A stretch of DNA of 64,000 nt from a bacterium UBP4_UBA6127 (GTDB lineage: Bacteria; UBP4; UBA4092). A model generated the notes under the pieces. That model was not told the origin of the DNA and did not search any database. It saw only the letters and a program-made list of their open reading frames with translations. The stretch lies in the NCBI GenBank assembly GCA_002428325.1, contig DIVR01000065.1:149597-213596 (forward strand), in the 5' to 3' direction. This document shows, one piece after another, positions 20,714 through 29,668 of the stretch. Position numbers and translations under genes: made by a program. How positions within the stretch are numbered: the stretch's first letter is position 1; each line of letters starts with the position of its first letter.

Positions 20714-21073
20714 TTATTCGGCTGCAAACGGCAAAAGTGCAATGGTGCGAGCACGCTTAATAGCCACGGTTAACTGGCGTTGATGATGTGCGCAGGTGCC
20801 GGTGATTCGGCGGGGAATAATCTTGCCCCGTTCTGTGACAAACCGTTTTAACCGGGTAATGTCTTTATAATCAATGGTATCTACCTTATCCAGGCAGAAC
20901 CGGCAGACTTTACGGCGAACAAATCGCTGTCGACGGTTAGCCGGACGGGCAGGATAACGCGGTTGACGACTGGGAACATGTTCACTGCGGGTTACTGGCG
21001 CCGCGGGTATGATCGGTGCCGGTGTTTCAGTATTCGGAGTAACGGGTGTATTTTTGTTTTCTTCCATGGTCAT
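20714..21073 (-). CDS. rpsR: 30S ribosomal protein S18 with about 45-aa Pro-rich N-terminal extension
   Basis: Core CRFC...DYKD...[18 protein letters not shown] matches S18. The N-terminal [18 protein letters not shown] stretch is extra. Confidence 0.85.
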   Translation of the reverse strand: MTMEENKNTPVTPNTETPAPIIPAAPVTRSEHVPSRQPRYPARPANRRQRFVRRKVCRFCLDKVDTIDYKDITRLKRFVTERGKIIPRRITGTCAHHQRQLTVAIKRARTIALLPFAAE

Positions 21074-21116
21074 TTTCCTTTTTGGGTCGGTTTTCTAAAT
21101 CTTGAGCTCCCTTAGC

Positions 21117-21533
21117 TTAAAAGGGAACGTCCTCACTATTCTCATCAGAAGGGGGTGGGCCAAAATCAGTCGAAGGTGCCTGGCCTCCCATGTCACGGTT
21201 GGATCGTTCCAAGGGAATAAGGGTCTGGGCCACTACTTCCGTAGAGGACCGTTTCTGACCGTCTTGTCCCTGCCATGACCGAGTTCTCAGGTAACCTTCC
21301 ACAAATACTTCTTTGCCTTTGATGAGGATTTCCTGGAAATTGTCATATTGACGAAGCCAATATTCGACCCGGATAAAAAGGGTATCTTCTTGATAATTAC
21401 CGCTTTTGTCTTTCCATCGCCGGTTTACGGCAAGGTCAAATGTGGTGACAGAAGAGCCGCTTGGAATGACACGGGTTTCTGCATCCCGTGTTAATCTTCC
21501 AATCAGCGTCACCCGGTTGAGATTGTTAGCCAT
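21117..21533 (-). CDS. ssb: single-stranded DNA-binding protein SSB
   Basis: MANNLNRVTLIGRLTRD... OB fold. Acidic tail ending DVPF. Start set at MANN (21533), giving an 8-nt overlap with rpsF. Confidence 0.88.
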   Translation of the reverse strand: MANNLNRVTLIGRLTRDAETRVIPSGSSVTTFDLAVNRRWKDKSGNYQEDTLFIRVEYWLRQYDNFQEILIKGKEVFVEGYLRTRSWQGQDGQKRSSTEVVAQTLIPLERSNRDMGGQAPSTDFGPPPSDENSEDVPF

Positions 21534-21990
21534 TGTTGGACGTTTCCTCCGCTGCTGGGGTTTCCGCCGCGGGTTCGGAGTTGACCGGTGTTTCTGTGGA
21601 TTCAGCAGGTATCGCTTCAGCTTCAACGGCCGCCGCTTCAGCCTGAAGTGCTTCAGCCTTGGCAGCTTTAGCTTTCTTCGGGGTAAATCGGCTCTTTTTG
21701 ATCTCCTCCACCACGATGGTCATATGTTTCATGATGGTTTCATCAAAATGGAACAAGTTGATTAACTGTTCCACAACGGTCGGTTCGCTGTTATGGAGAA
21801 TATAAACATAGTAGCCTTCCCGTTTTTTACGGATTTCATAAGCTAATGTTTTCTTGCCCCATTTTTCCAGCTTGGTTATCTCACCGCTGTTGTTTTTGAT
21901 GACGGTTTCGACTTTCTGGATTTTCAGGTCAATGTTTGACTCATCCAGGCTGGTATCATAAATAATAATTGTTTCGTAATTACGTTTCAT
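21526..21990 (-). CDS. rpsF: 30S ribosomal protein S6 with Ala/Glu-rich C-terminal extension
   Basis: MKRNYETIIIYDTSLDE matches S6. The C-terminal about 50 aa is an AEA-rich tail. Confidence 0.88.
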   Translation of the reverse strand: MKRNYETIIIYDTSLDESNIDLKIQKVETVIKNNSGEITKLEKWGKKTLAYEIRKKREGYYVYILHNSEPTVVEQLINLFHFDETIMKHMTIVVEEIKKSRFTPKKAKAAKAEALQAEAAAVEAEAIPAESTETPVNSEPAAETPAAEETSNNG

Positions 21991-22580
21991 TCGTTTTCAT
22001 CTCCTGTAATATTATTCTTTCTCACATTAAACTGGTTCATGGCGGCCGAAAATCCCCGGGTCAGGATAGACTCTACCGCATCTGCGGCTTGTCTGATCAT
22101 TTCCTCCACTTCAGGTTGTTCACCTTTAGTGAAATGTCCCAGAACATAATCCGCCTGGTCCATAACGGGAGGCGGTTCATTAATTCCCATTCGAATCCGG
22201 TTGAATCGATTGGATCCGATTTGGCGTATAATGGATTTTAACCCATTATGGCCTCCATCAGAACCTGAAGCTCTCAGTCTCAACTGTCCCAGCGGAAGAT
22301 GAACATCATCACAAAGAACGAGGATATCTTCCGGAACTATTTTGAACCATTGCATCAGGGGAGAAACAGCATCCCCGCTCCGGTTCATATAGGTTATCGG
22401 TTTGACCAACACGGCCTCTTCGCCGGAGAGGGTCCCTTTGGCATATTCCGCATTAAATCCTGACTTGAAATGTTGAAGTCCGGCTTGTTGCGCCAATAAA
22501 TCAATGACCCTGAAACCGACATTATGCCGGGTGTTATCATATTGGCGGCCGGGATTACCGAGACCGACAATCAATTTCAT
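21987..22580 (-). CDS. pth: peptidyl-tRNA hydrolase
   Basis: MKLIVGLGNPG...HNG motifs. Stop overlaps the rpsF start (ATGA). Confidence 0.92.
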   Translation of the reverse strand: MKLIVGLGNPGRQYDNTRHNVGFRVIDLLAQQAGLQHFKSGFNAEYAKGTLSGEEAVLVKPITYMNRSGDAVSPLMQWFKIVPEDILVLCDDVHLPLGQLRLRASGSDGGHNGLKSIIRQIGSNRFNRIRMGINEPPPVMDQADYVLGHFTKGEQPEVEEMIRQAADAVESILTRGFSAAMNQFNVRKNNITGDENE

Positions 22581-22606
22581 ATGACAAAGAACTTTCTGGA
22601 ATCGGT

Positions 22607-23272
22607 TTAGGATTCCTTACCTTCTTCAGCGGTTTCTTCTTTCTTGCCCTTTTCAATGACTTCGGGCTCGGCGGCAGTCGCTTCAGCAGCCGGGGCGACT
22701 TCTTCTACTGTCGGAGGAACAATGCTGATTACGATATTGTTCGGATCTTCAAGTATAGTAACACCCTCGGGAACTGGAAGGTCTTTCACATGGACAGAAT
22801 CATGGATTTGAAGTGTGCTCACATTGATGAGGAATCTCTCCGGAATCAGGGTCGGGAGACACTCAACTTCGACTTCCCGAAGATTGAATTCCAGAATGCC
22901 ACCGGCTTTGACACCGATAGAAGCTCCTTCAATTTCAATACGAACAAAGGTTGTTAATTTCTTATCCATGGAAATACGATAGAAATCCAGGTGGATGAAA
23001 CTGGCTTTAATGGGATCGCGCTGGATATCTTTGACGATCACATTTTCAACGAGAGGGGAAGAACCCCCTTCGATTTCCATACTAATTAATACATTTAAAC
23101 CCGCGCTGGAGTGCAGAATGCGGTGCATGTCACGGTCGTTAATACTGATGGACAGAGGCTGGGCCTCCCCGCCGTAAATGACCGCAGGAACTTCTCCGGC
23201 CATCCGAAGCTGCCGGTTATTCCCTTTGGTAAGATTCTCGCGCGTTTTCGCTTTCAACGAGACTTGTTGCAT
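22607..23272 (-). CDS. rplY: 50S ribosomal protein L25 / general stress protein Ctc
   Basis: L25 N-terminal domain (PAVIYGG) plus the Ctc-type C-terminal domain and an acidic tail. Confidence 0.85.
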   Translation of the reverse strand: MQQVSLKAKTRENLTKGNNRQLRMAGEVPAVIYGGEAQPLSISINDRDMHRILHSSAGLNVLISMEIEGGSSPLVENVIVKDIQRDPIKASFIHLDFYRISMDKKLTTFVRIEIEGASIGVKAGGILEFNLREVEVECLPTLIPERFLINVSTLQIHDSVHVKDLPVPEGVTILEDPNNIVISIVPPTVEEVAPAAEATAAEPEVIEKGKKEETAEEGKES

Positions 23273-23302
23273 GGTAAATGACTCCTTTTAACTTCTTCTT
23301 GC

Positions 23303-24241
23303 TTAAACGAATAACGAACTTACTGACGTATAGCGATAAATACGATTAATCGCTTCCGCCAGCAATTCGGCGATGGAAAGCACCTTGATTTTGGAACACC
23401 GTTTGGACTCATCCAGAGCAATGGTATTGGTAACCACCAGCTCTTTGACGGGCGACTCCATTAATCGGCTGATTGCCGGTCCGCTGAGGACTGCGTGAGA
23501 ACATCCCGCATAGATTTCCTTAGCGCCAGCAGTTTTTAGTGCCTTTATAGCTTCGCACAATGTTCCCGCGGTGTCGACCATGTCATCCGCGATTATCAGG
23601 TTTTTGCCCTGGACATCGCCGATAATATTCATGACTTCCGCTTCACTCTGGCGGGGTCGGCGTTTATCTACGATGGCCAATGGGGCATTTAAGCGCCGGG
23701 CAATGGAACGGGCCCGTTTGACGCTTCCAATATCTGGGGAGACAACCATAATGTCTTCAAGGTTTAGACCTGCCCAATAGTCGGTTAGAATTTTGTCGGC
23801 AAACAGATTATCTACGGGAATATCAAAAAATCCCTGAATCTGGCCGGCATGCAGGTCCACCGTGACGACTCGGTCTGCTCCAGCGGTGGTGATTAAATTG
23901 GCAATTAATTTGGAACTGATGGCGACGCGAGGCTGGTCTTTCCGGTCTTGACGGGCATAGCCGTAATAAGGAAGGACCGCTGTAATGGTATGAGCCGAAG
24001 CTCTCCGAAGCGCGTCAATGATGATGAGTAATTCCACCAGATGTTCATTAACCGGAGGTGAAGTCGGTTGAATAACAAAGACTTCTGCCCCTCGGACGTT
24101 CTCATTGATCTTTGCGAATATTTCCGTGTCCGGGAATTTTTTGATCTCCAGCTGTCCCTGGGGAACGTTCAATGCCTGGCAGATTTCCTGGACCAAACCC
24201 GGATTGGCGCTACCGCCAAAAATCTTTAAGTCGTTTAACAC
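23303..24241 (-). CDS. prs: ribose-phosphate pyrophosphokinase (PRPP synthetase)
   Basis: PRPP-binding motif DLHAGQIQGFF and ribose-5-P loop. 312 aa. Confidence 0.92.
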   Translation of the reverse strand: MLNDLKIFGGSANPGLVQEICQALNVPQGQLEIKKFPDTEIFAKINENVRGAEVFVIQPTSPPVNEHLVELLIIIDALRRASAHTITAVLPYYGYARQDRKDQPRVAISSKLIANLITTAGADRVVTVDLHAGQIQGFFDIPVDNLFADKILTDYWAGLNLEDIMVVSPDIGSVKRARSIARRLNAPLAIVDKRRPRQSEAEVMNIIGDVQGKNLIIADDMVDTAGTLCEAIKALKTAGAKEIYAGCSHAVLSGPAISRLMESPVKELVVTNTIALDESKRCSKIKVLSIAELLAEAINRIYRYTSVSSLFV

Positions 24242-24311
24242 AATAGCTCCTACGGTCTCTATTTGTAATATCTAATCTTACTGAAAAAAGCCAATACTTG
24301 ATGAAGACAAT

Positions 24312-24386
24312 TGGCTGCCCCGCTAGGATTCGAACCTAGTCACGCAGCTCCAAAGGCTGCTGTGCTACCAGTTACACTACGGGGCA
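24312..24386 (-). tRNA. tRNA-Gln (anticodon UUG), CCA encoded
   Basis: Minus-strand sequence UGCCCCGUAGUGUAACUGGUAGCACAGCAGCCUUUGGAGCUGCGUGACUAGGUUCGAAUCCUAGCGGGGCAGCCA. Acceptor stem 7 bp. Anticodon stem GCAGC/GCUGC with loop CUUUGGA. T-loop GGUUCGAAUCC. Confidence 0.85.
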
Positions 24387-24742
24387 GTAAACTCTATCGG
24401 TTACCTGTACGATTTATCTTTATTAATTCTAAAATGGGAAAGATAAAATCTTATAAAAAATAAGGCAAAAATGTCAAGAAGAGAAAGGCGTGATATGATA
24501 TCCAATCCCCATCGAATTCAGGTCATATTTTTAATTAAATTCAGTTTTTAGATTATATCATATAATTTTGATAGAAATAAGAAAACTCCTGAAGAGCCTC
24601 TTGGGTTCAGACAGCGGCCTGAATGGTTTTGACAGCTGTCAAAATGACTTTAAATAACTTTAACTATACAGGGTTAACATAAATAATATCAATTAATATG
24701 CCGAAAAGTCAGGTAACCCCACAGGATTTCAGTATTTTAATA

Positions 24743-27700
24743 TCAAAGCTGGATATATTTAGGGTTATTAATGGCATCCATGAGTTTATCGGCTAATTCC
24801 TGATCATTGTCTTTTAAGTAGTTATATTCTTCCCAGGCTCCATTCTTATTGTTATTTAATAAGTGGATATATCCAAGGCCCAGGTGAGCTTTATTGAACT
24901 CAGGGGAGACTTCCAAGGCTTTATTCAGCTGCCGGATTGCTTCGGAATATTGTCCCATTTTTCCATAACCCAGGGCTAGACTGTAATATCCATCCGGGAA
25001 AGTTGGGTATTTCTGGATGACTTGTTGATATTCTTCCATGGCTTTGGCGGTCTTTTTTAAATCAAAGTAACTGTCACCTATCAAAAGATTAATTTCAGGG
25101 AAATCCTGTTTTAATCTAAGGGCTTCCTCATAACAGCGGATAGCATCATTGGGTTGGGAAATCCGGGCATAGGTTTTCCCCAGCCAAAGGTGGGCTTCCA
25201 TCATTTCTGGTTGGATTCTGACGGCCTGTTGTAAGGCATTCAATGCATCGTTATACATGGCTATATTGTAATTGGAGACTCCCAACAGGTAATAAGCTTC
25301 TGCCATCTGTGGATCATATTTTAAGGTGTTTTTGAATATGGTGATGGCTGTTTCATATTGTTTCATTCGGAGATAAGTCAGGGCCATCTGGTAATAGGCT
25401 TCTGCCATATCAGGTTTTTGGGTGGTGGCTTTGGCAAAAGCAGCAATAGCTTCGGGATAATGGCTTAATATCAACTGGCAGTTCCCCAGATTATAATAGG
25501 CCATGGTATAGGTCGGACTATAATGGATGGCTTGGGTATAATTCTCGATTCCTTCCTGGAATTTCCCTGCTTTGGAATAATGCGAGGCCAGATTGTAATA
25601 GGCTTCTGGGTAATCATTTTTAACTTGAATAGCTTTTAAAAAGGCTTTTTCCGATTCCTTTGGTTTATTGGCTCTTTCATAAATTGAGCCTAGTTCATTA
25701 TAAGCCTGGGCAAATTTAGGATTGACCTGGATCGCGGCTTTCAAAGCTGTTATGGCATCATTGTCCCGTTTAGCTTTCACATAGGTGATTCCTAATTCAT
25801 AATGGGCTTCCGGCATATCCGGTTTAATCCGGGTGGCTTTCTGGAAATCCTGGATAGCGCTGTCTAAATCTCCCATTCCCCGGGAAGATAATCCCATTTG
25901 ATACCAAGCTTCGGCATATTCAGGCCTGACTTTGACGGCTTGTTTGAATGATTTTAAAGCTTCCGGGTATCGTTCCATGGCATACAAGGAAAGCCCCATC
26001 CGGTATAAGGCTTCTTCCAGGTTGGGATGATATTTTAAGGTCATTTTATAGGTTTGAATGGCTTCGGAATATCGATGCTGGTCATGGAGAATGATCCCCA
26101 GATTATAGGAAGCTTCAATATAATCAGGTTTATAACTCAGGGCCGTCTTTATAGACTCAATGGCTTTGTCGGTTTCTTGCAGGTCCCGGTAAGCCAGTCC
26201 CCGAATATAATAAACTTCCGGCAGGTCTGATTTTTGTTTCAGAGCCTCTTCCAGGATTTCCACTGCTTTTTGGGGTTCTCCCAATCCCCGGTATATCGTA
26301 CCCAGTTGATAATAGGCTTTGATAAAATCTTTCTTCAGAGCAATGGTGTCTTCCAGGATTTTTACAGATTCCCTGAACTGATTTGTTTTATGGTAGGCTA
26401 TACTAAGGTTAAATCGGGCATCCAGATAATCTGGTTGAATTTCCACTGCTTTTTGAAGGGGACTAACAGCTTCCTGGTCTCGTGTTTGTAATAAATAAGC
26501 GGTTCCCAGATTATAATAGGCTTTGGCATATTGGGGGTTAAGTCGAACAGCTTCAAGTAATGAACCAATAGCTTCCGTTCCTTTTCCTGTTTTCAACAGC
26601 TCCACTCCCAGGTCGTTATGGGCTTCAGCCATCTTGGAATTTAAGCTGATGGCCGACTTGTAGGCTGAGAGGGCATCAGAACATCGGTTTAGTTTGGAAT
26701 AGGTTACTCCCAGATTGTAATAGGCAGAGGCTGAATTGGCATCGATGTGGAGGGCCTTTTTCAAATACTTAATGCTTTCGGGATATTGGTAATTATCCCG
26801 AAAAGAGATGCCGGCATTGATGTAGGCATTCAAGTAATCGGGGCGAATCCGTATGGCATCCAGATAAGCTTCTGAAGATTCCTTATCCCTGCCCAGTTGA
26901 TGATAGGCATATCCCAGGTTGTAATAGGCTTCGGCAAAGTCAGTTCGAAAACGGATAGCCCTCTGGTATTCTTTAATTGCTTCCATGGGCCGCTGTGTCA
27001 GGAGATAGAGACTCCCCAGTTCATATTGGCCCTGAGCTAAACGAGGATGGTAATGATTTGCTAACTTATAAGCGTCTTCTGCTTCAGCCCAATTTCGGGA
27101 ATTAGTATAAAACCGGCCCATCTGGAGGTGGGCTTCCCATAATTCAGGTTTCAACTGGACCGCTTTTTGATAGGCCTGCAGGGCATCGGCCCGTTTTCCC
27201 AGCTTTTCATCAATGATTCCGATTCGGTAGTAACTTTCACCCATCCCTGGCTCAAGTTGTAAGGCCTGTTGGTAACTGTTCAATGCTTTATCAAATTTAG
27301 CTTTGTTCTCATGGCAGAATCCTATTCCATAAAGGGTTCTGGCATCGGTTGGATTCTTTTCGGATGCCTGGGTCAGGAGACTTAAGGCTTCATCATATTT
27401 TTCCTGCCAGGCTCTGACCATGCCCTGCCAGTACAATCCATCAGAAGAATGATACCAATCACCCTGAGGAGTCTTTTTCCAGTTATCCCAAGAGACCAGG
27501 GAATCAGTGGATAAACTTAATATTTTGTAGGCGGGCAGGGATAGTTTCAGGTGATTGCCAGATTTCATGAATTGAGCATGGATTCCTACCAAAGAACCTC
27601 TTTCATCCAGGACCGGGCTGCCTCCATCCATATCGGGCAGGTTAGCTTTGACCGAGTAAATATTTCCCAATCCGGGAGCTGTAAAGACTTTCTCAATGAT

Positions 27701-28156
27701 ACCGGTTCGAATCTTCTTCCCGGGTTCCGGCTGAGTGTATATCAGTTGGTCTTCTGCCATGGGTGTGGAGGATATTGAAAAGGCTGGTGGTGTCTTTTCC
27801 GGTGGAGTGACCGATAGTTTTATCAAATCTGACTGGATATCTTCGGCTAATATTCCCTTTATTTTTAACTCGTTACCACTGGCATCCATTATTTTCAGGG
27901 TGGATGCTCCTAAAATTCCATGCCGAATGGTAATAACTTCCCCTTTAGCGGGTTTAATAAAAAAGCCACTGAGTTCGTTGGCGGTTTTTCCCCGGGAATC
28001 TATTACCAGAATTTTTACACTGTTATCCCGGGTAGCCTTAATTATTTCAGGGATTATATTTCTTGCGGTTGATAAGTAAATGCCTGTTCCGATTATTAGG
28101 AGTCCTGCAAAAATTCCTGTTCCTGCTAAAATGCGTATTTTTTTACCCCGTAGCAT
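24743..28156 (-). CDS. large TPR-repeat protein (more than 25 TPRs) with N-terminal TM anchor and trypsin-like (possibly non-catalytic) domain
   Basis: 1137 aa. N-terminal hydrophobic segment. Residues about 40-200 resemble HtrA/S1C (DLIKLSV, DGGSPVLDERGSLVGIH), but the GDSGGP motif is permuted to DGGSP. The rest is an uninterrupted TPR array (repeated AYYNLG, ALxxYxxA patterns). Confidence 0.7.
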   Translation of the reverse strand: MLRGKKIRILAGTGIFAGLLIIGTGIYLSTARNIIPEIIKATRDNSVKILVIDSRGKTANELSGFFIKPAKGEVITIRHGILGASTLKIMDASGNELKIKGILAEDIQSDLIKLSVTPPEKTPPAFSISSTPMAEDQLIYTQPEPGKKIRTGIIEKVFTAPGLGNIYSVKANLPDMDGGSPVLDERGSLVGIHAQFMKSGNHLKLSLPAYKILSLSTDSLVSWDNWKKTPQGDWYHSSDGLYWQGMVRAWQEKYDEALSLLTQASEKNPTDARTLYGIGFCHENKAKFDKALNSYQQALQLEPGMGESYYRIGIIDEKLGKRADALQAYQKAVQLKPELWEAHLQMGRFYTNSRNWAEAEDAYKLANHYHPRLAQGQYELGSLYLLTQRPMEAIKEYQRAIRFRTDFAEAYYNLGYAYHQLGRDKESSEAYLDAIRIRPDYLNAYINAGISFRDNYQYPESIKYLKKALHIDANSASAYYNLGVTYSKLNRCSDALSAYKSAISLNSKMAEAHNDLGVELLKTGKGTEAIGSLLEAVRLNPQYAKAYYNLGTAYLLQTRDQEAVSPLQKAVEIQPDYLDARFNLSIAYHKTNQFRESVKILEDTIALKKDFIKAYYQLGTIYRGLGEPQKAVEILEEALKQKSDLPEVYYIRGLAYRDLQETDKAIESIKTALSYKPDYIEASYNLGIILHDQHRYSEAIQTYKMTLKYHPNLEEALYRMGLSLYAMERYPEALKSFKQAVKVRPEYAEAWYQMGLSSRGMGDLDSAIQDFQKATRIKPDMPEAHYELGITYVKAKRDNDAITALKAAIQVNPKFAQAYNELGSIYERANKPKESEKAFLKAIQVKNDYPEAYYNLASHYSKAGKFQEGIENYTQAIHYSPTYTMAYYNLGNCQLILSHYPEAIAAFAKATTQKPDMAEAYYQMALTYLRMKQYETAITIFKNTLKYDPQMAEAYYLLGVSNYNIAMYNDALNALQQAVRIQPEMMEAHLWLGKTYARISQPNDAIRCYEEALRLKQDFPEINLLIGDSYFDLKKTAKAMEEYQQVIQKYPTFPDGYYSLALGYGKMGQYSEAIRQLNKALEVSPEFNKAHLGLGYIHLLNNNKNGAWEEYNYLKDNDQELADKLMDAINNPKYIQL

Positions 28157-28401
28157 AAATCTATTCCCTGTCTTTAGGCAAAATATTAAAATATCAAAAA
28201 TTCATCCTCTGCCCCCACAGCAGATGATTCTTACCGGATATATATAACGTATCCTCTTTATTGTCAATTAATTTCTTCAGTTCGCGACCCTTTTGACCCC
28301 TCTCCATTTCATCTTGGATGAGTCTGTTTGAGCTGTTTTTCTCTCTTTCCGACCTAAATCATTTATTTGTTTCCCTGATTATATCCCTTGGGTCCGGACT
28401 G

Positions 28402-28433
28402 GGACCCAGGCTGATGGTTACAGCCTGGGTCTG
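28402..28433. repeat. 32-nt palindromic repeat GGGACCCAGGCTGATGGTTACAGCCTGGGTCT, copy 1
   Basis: Identical 32-mer also at 40927..40958. It forms a 10-bp GC-rich stem (ACCCAGGCTG/CAGCCTGGGT) with a 7-nt loop. Confidence 0.7.
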
Positions 28434-28574
28434 GTTCCAATCATGTTCTTAAGTTTCCAGGTCCCAGGTGAAGGGTCATTTCCTGCCTAGGGTTCTCAAA
28501 GTCATGAGGGGAATAAATATCTCTTTAGAAGATTGAAAATAATTAAGATAATAGTACCTGTTTCAACAAAATCT

Positions 28575-29426
28575 TTAATCAATGAAGGGCATGGCCTGGC
28601 ACCAGTACCCGGTTTTTTGAGAGAGCTGCATGGCAAAAGATTCAGCTTGAGTCACTGATTCGCAAATTCCAAAGATAGAAGAGCCGCTTCCGCTCATTAA
28701 GCTACCCAGGCAACCAAGGGATTGAATCTGGCTTTTAATGGACTCTAACTGGGGATAAAGGGAAAAAGAAGCCGTTTCCAATCGGTTAAAAAGGCTGGAT
28801 GAAATATCCTGAAGGTTGCCGATTTGGAGAGCTGCCTTCATTTTATCAACTTTTTGGAGAGGCCCTATGGGAAGCCTGTCAATCTCCTGATAGACTTTTT
28901 GGGTGCTGACAAAAAGATTTGGGTAAACCAGTACTATCCATCCGGAAGGGATTGGAAGGTTTTCCCTGAGGATTTCCCCTCGGCCCTCGGCATAAACAGT
29001 CCCCCCTCGGACACAGAAAGGAACATCCATCCCTAACTGGGTCCCTAAGGACTCCAGTTCTTCCGGAGAGGCTTTGAGTTCCCAGAGTTCATTTAGTCCT
29101 CGAAGAACGGTTGCCGCATCGGTGCTGCCCCCGCCTAATCCGGCTCCTATGGGGATTCTTTTTTCCAGGTGAATCGAGGCTCCCCGGGAGACCTTGAAAG
29201 TCTCTTTTAACAGGACGGCTGCCCGATAGACCAGATTTCCTGTATCTACCGGTAACTGGGAATCACTGCAGGCCAGGAGGATTTCGCCTGAAGTAGGCTC
29301 AAAAGAAAGAGTGTCTGATAAACCGATGGATTGGAAAAGGGTCCATAACTCATGATACCCATCGGGTCGGACTCCCGGGACTTCTAAAAATAAATTGATT
29401 TTGGCAAACGCTTCGAGTTTCAGCAT
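28575..29426 (-). CDS. ispE: 4-diphosphocytidyl-2-C-methyl-D-erythritol kinase IspE
   Basis: GHMP kinase motifs (PIGAGLGGGSTDAAT). KINLFL N-terminus typical of IspE. Confidence 0.88.
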   Translation of the reverse strand: MLKLEAFAKINLFLEVPGVRPDGYHELWTLFQSIGLSDTLSFEPTSGEILLACSDSQLPVDTGNLVYRAAVLLKETFKVSRGASIHLEKRIPIGAGLGGGSTDAATVLRGLNELWELKASPEELESLGTQLGMDVPFCVRGGTVYAEGRGEILRENLPIPSGWIVLVYPNLFVSTQKVYQEIDRLPIGPLQKVDKMKAALQIGNLQDISSSLFNRLETASFSLYPQLESIKSQIQSLGCLGSLMSGSGSSIFGICESVTQAESFAMQLSQKTGYWCQAMPFID

Positions 29427-29546
29427 GTAAAAGATACCTAAGTTCTGTCAAATGAGAATAAACCGTATCCGGAGAGAAAAAGAAATATCCCTTTGAGGCC
29501 GTGGGACCGCCAAAGGGATAATAATTCAAATCTGTTCGAAAACAGA

Positions 29547-29642
29547 TTAACGTAGTTTCTTTTTGTGACGATCACGTTTACGGCGTTTACGTAATTTATG
29601 TTTGGCCATTTTGGCCCGTTTACGCTTTTTTCCACAGGGCAT
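29547..29642 (-). CDS. 31-aa hyper-basic protein (MPCGKKRKRAKMAKHKLRKRRKRDRHKKKLR), paralog of the 16982..17071 mini-ORF
   Basis: 96-nt ORF with a strong RBS (GAGAGGGGGG) 8 nt upstream. A perfect hairpin ATCTGTT-cgaa-AACAGAT lies immediately 3'. The 65-aa track ORF 29438..29635 in another frame looks spurious. Confidence 0.4.
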   Translation of the reverse strand: MPCGKKRKRAKMAKHKLRKRRKRDRHKKKLR

Positions 29643-29668
29643 GGATAACAACCCCCCTCTCTTTAAAT

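Noticed and set aside
29438-29635. 65-aa ORF on the minus strand between ispE and the phosphohexomutase gene.
   Set aside because: No RBS, with a hydrophobic low-complexity translation. The same DNA encodes, in another frame, a 31-aa basic ORF with a strong RBS. The track ORF is considered spurious.
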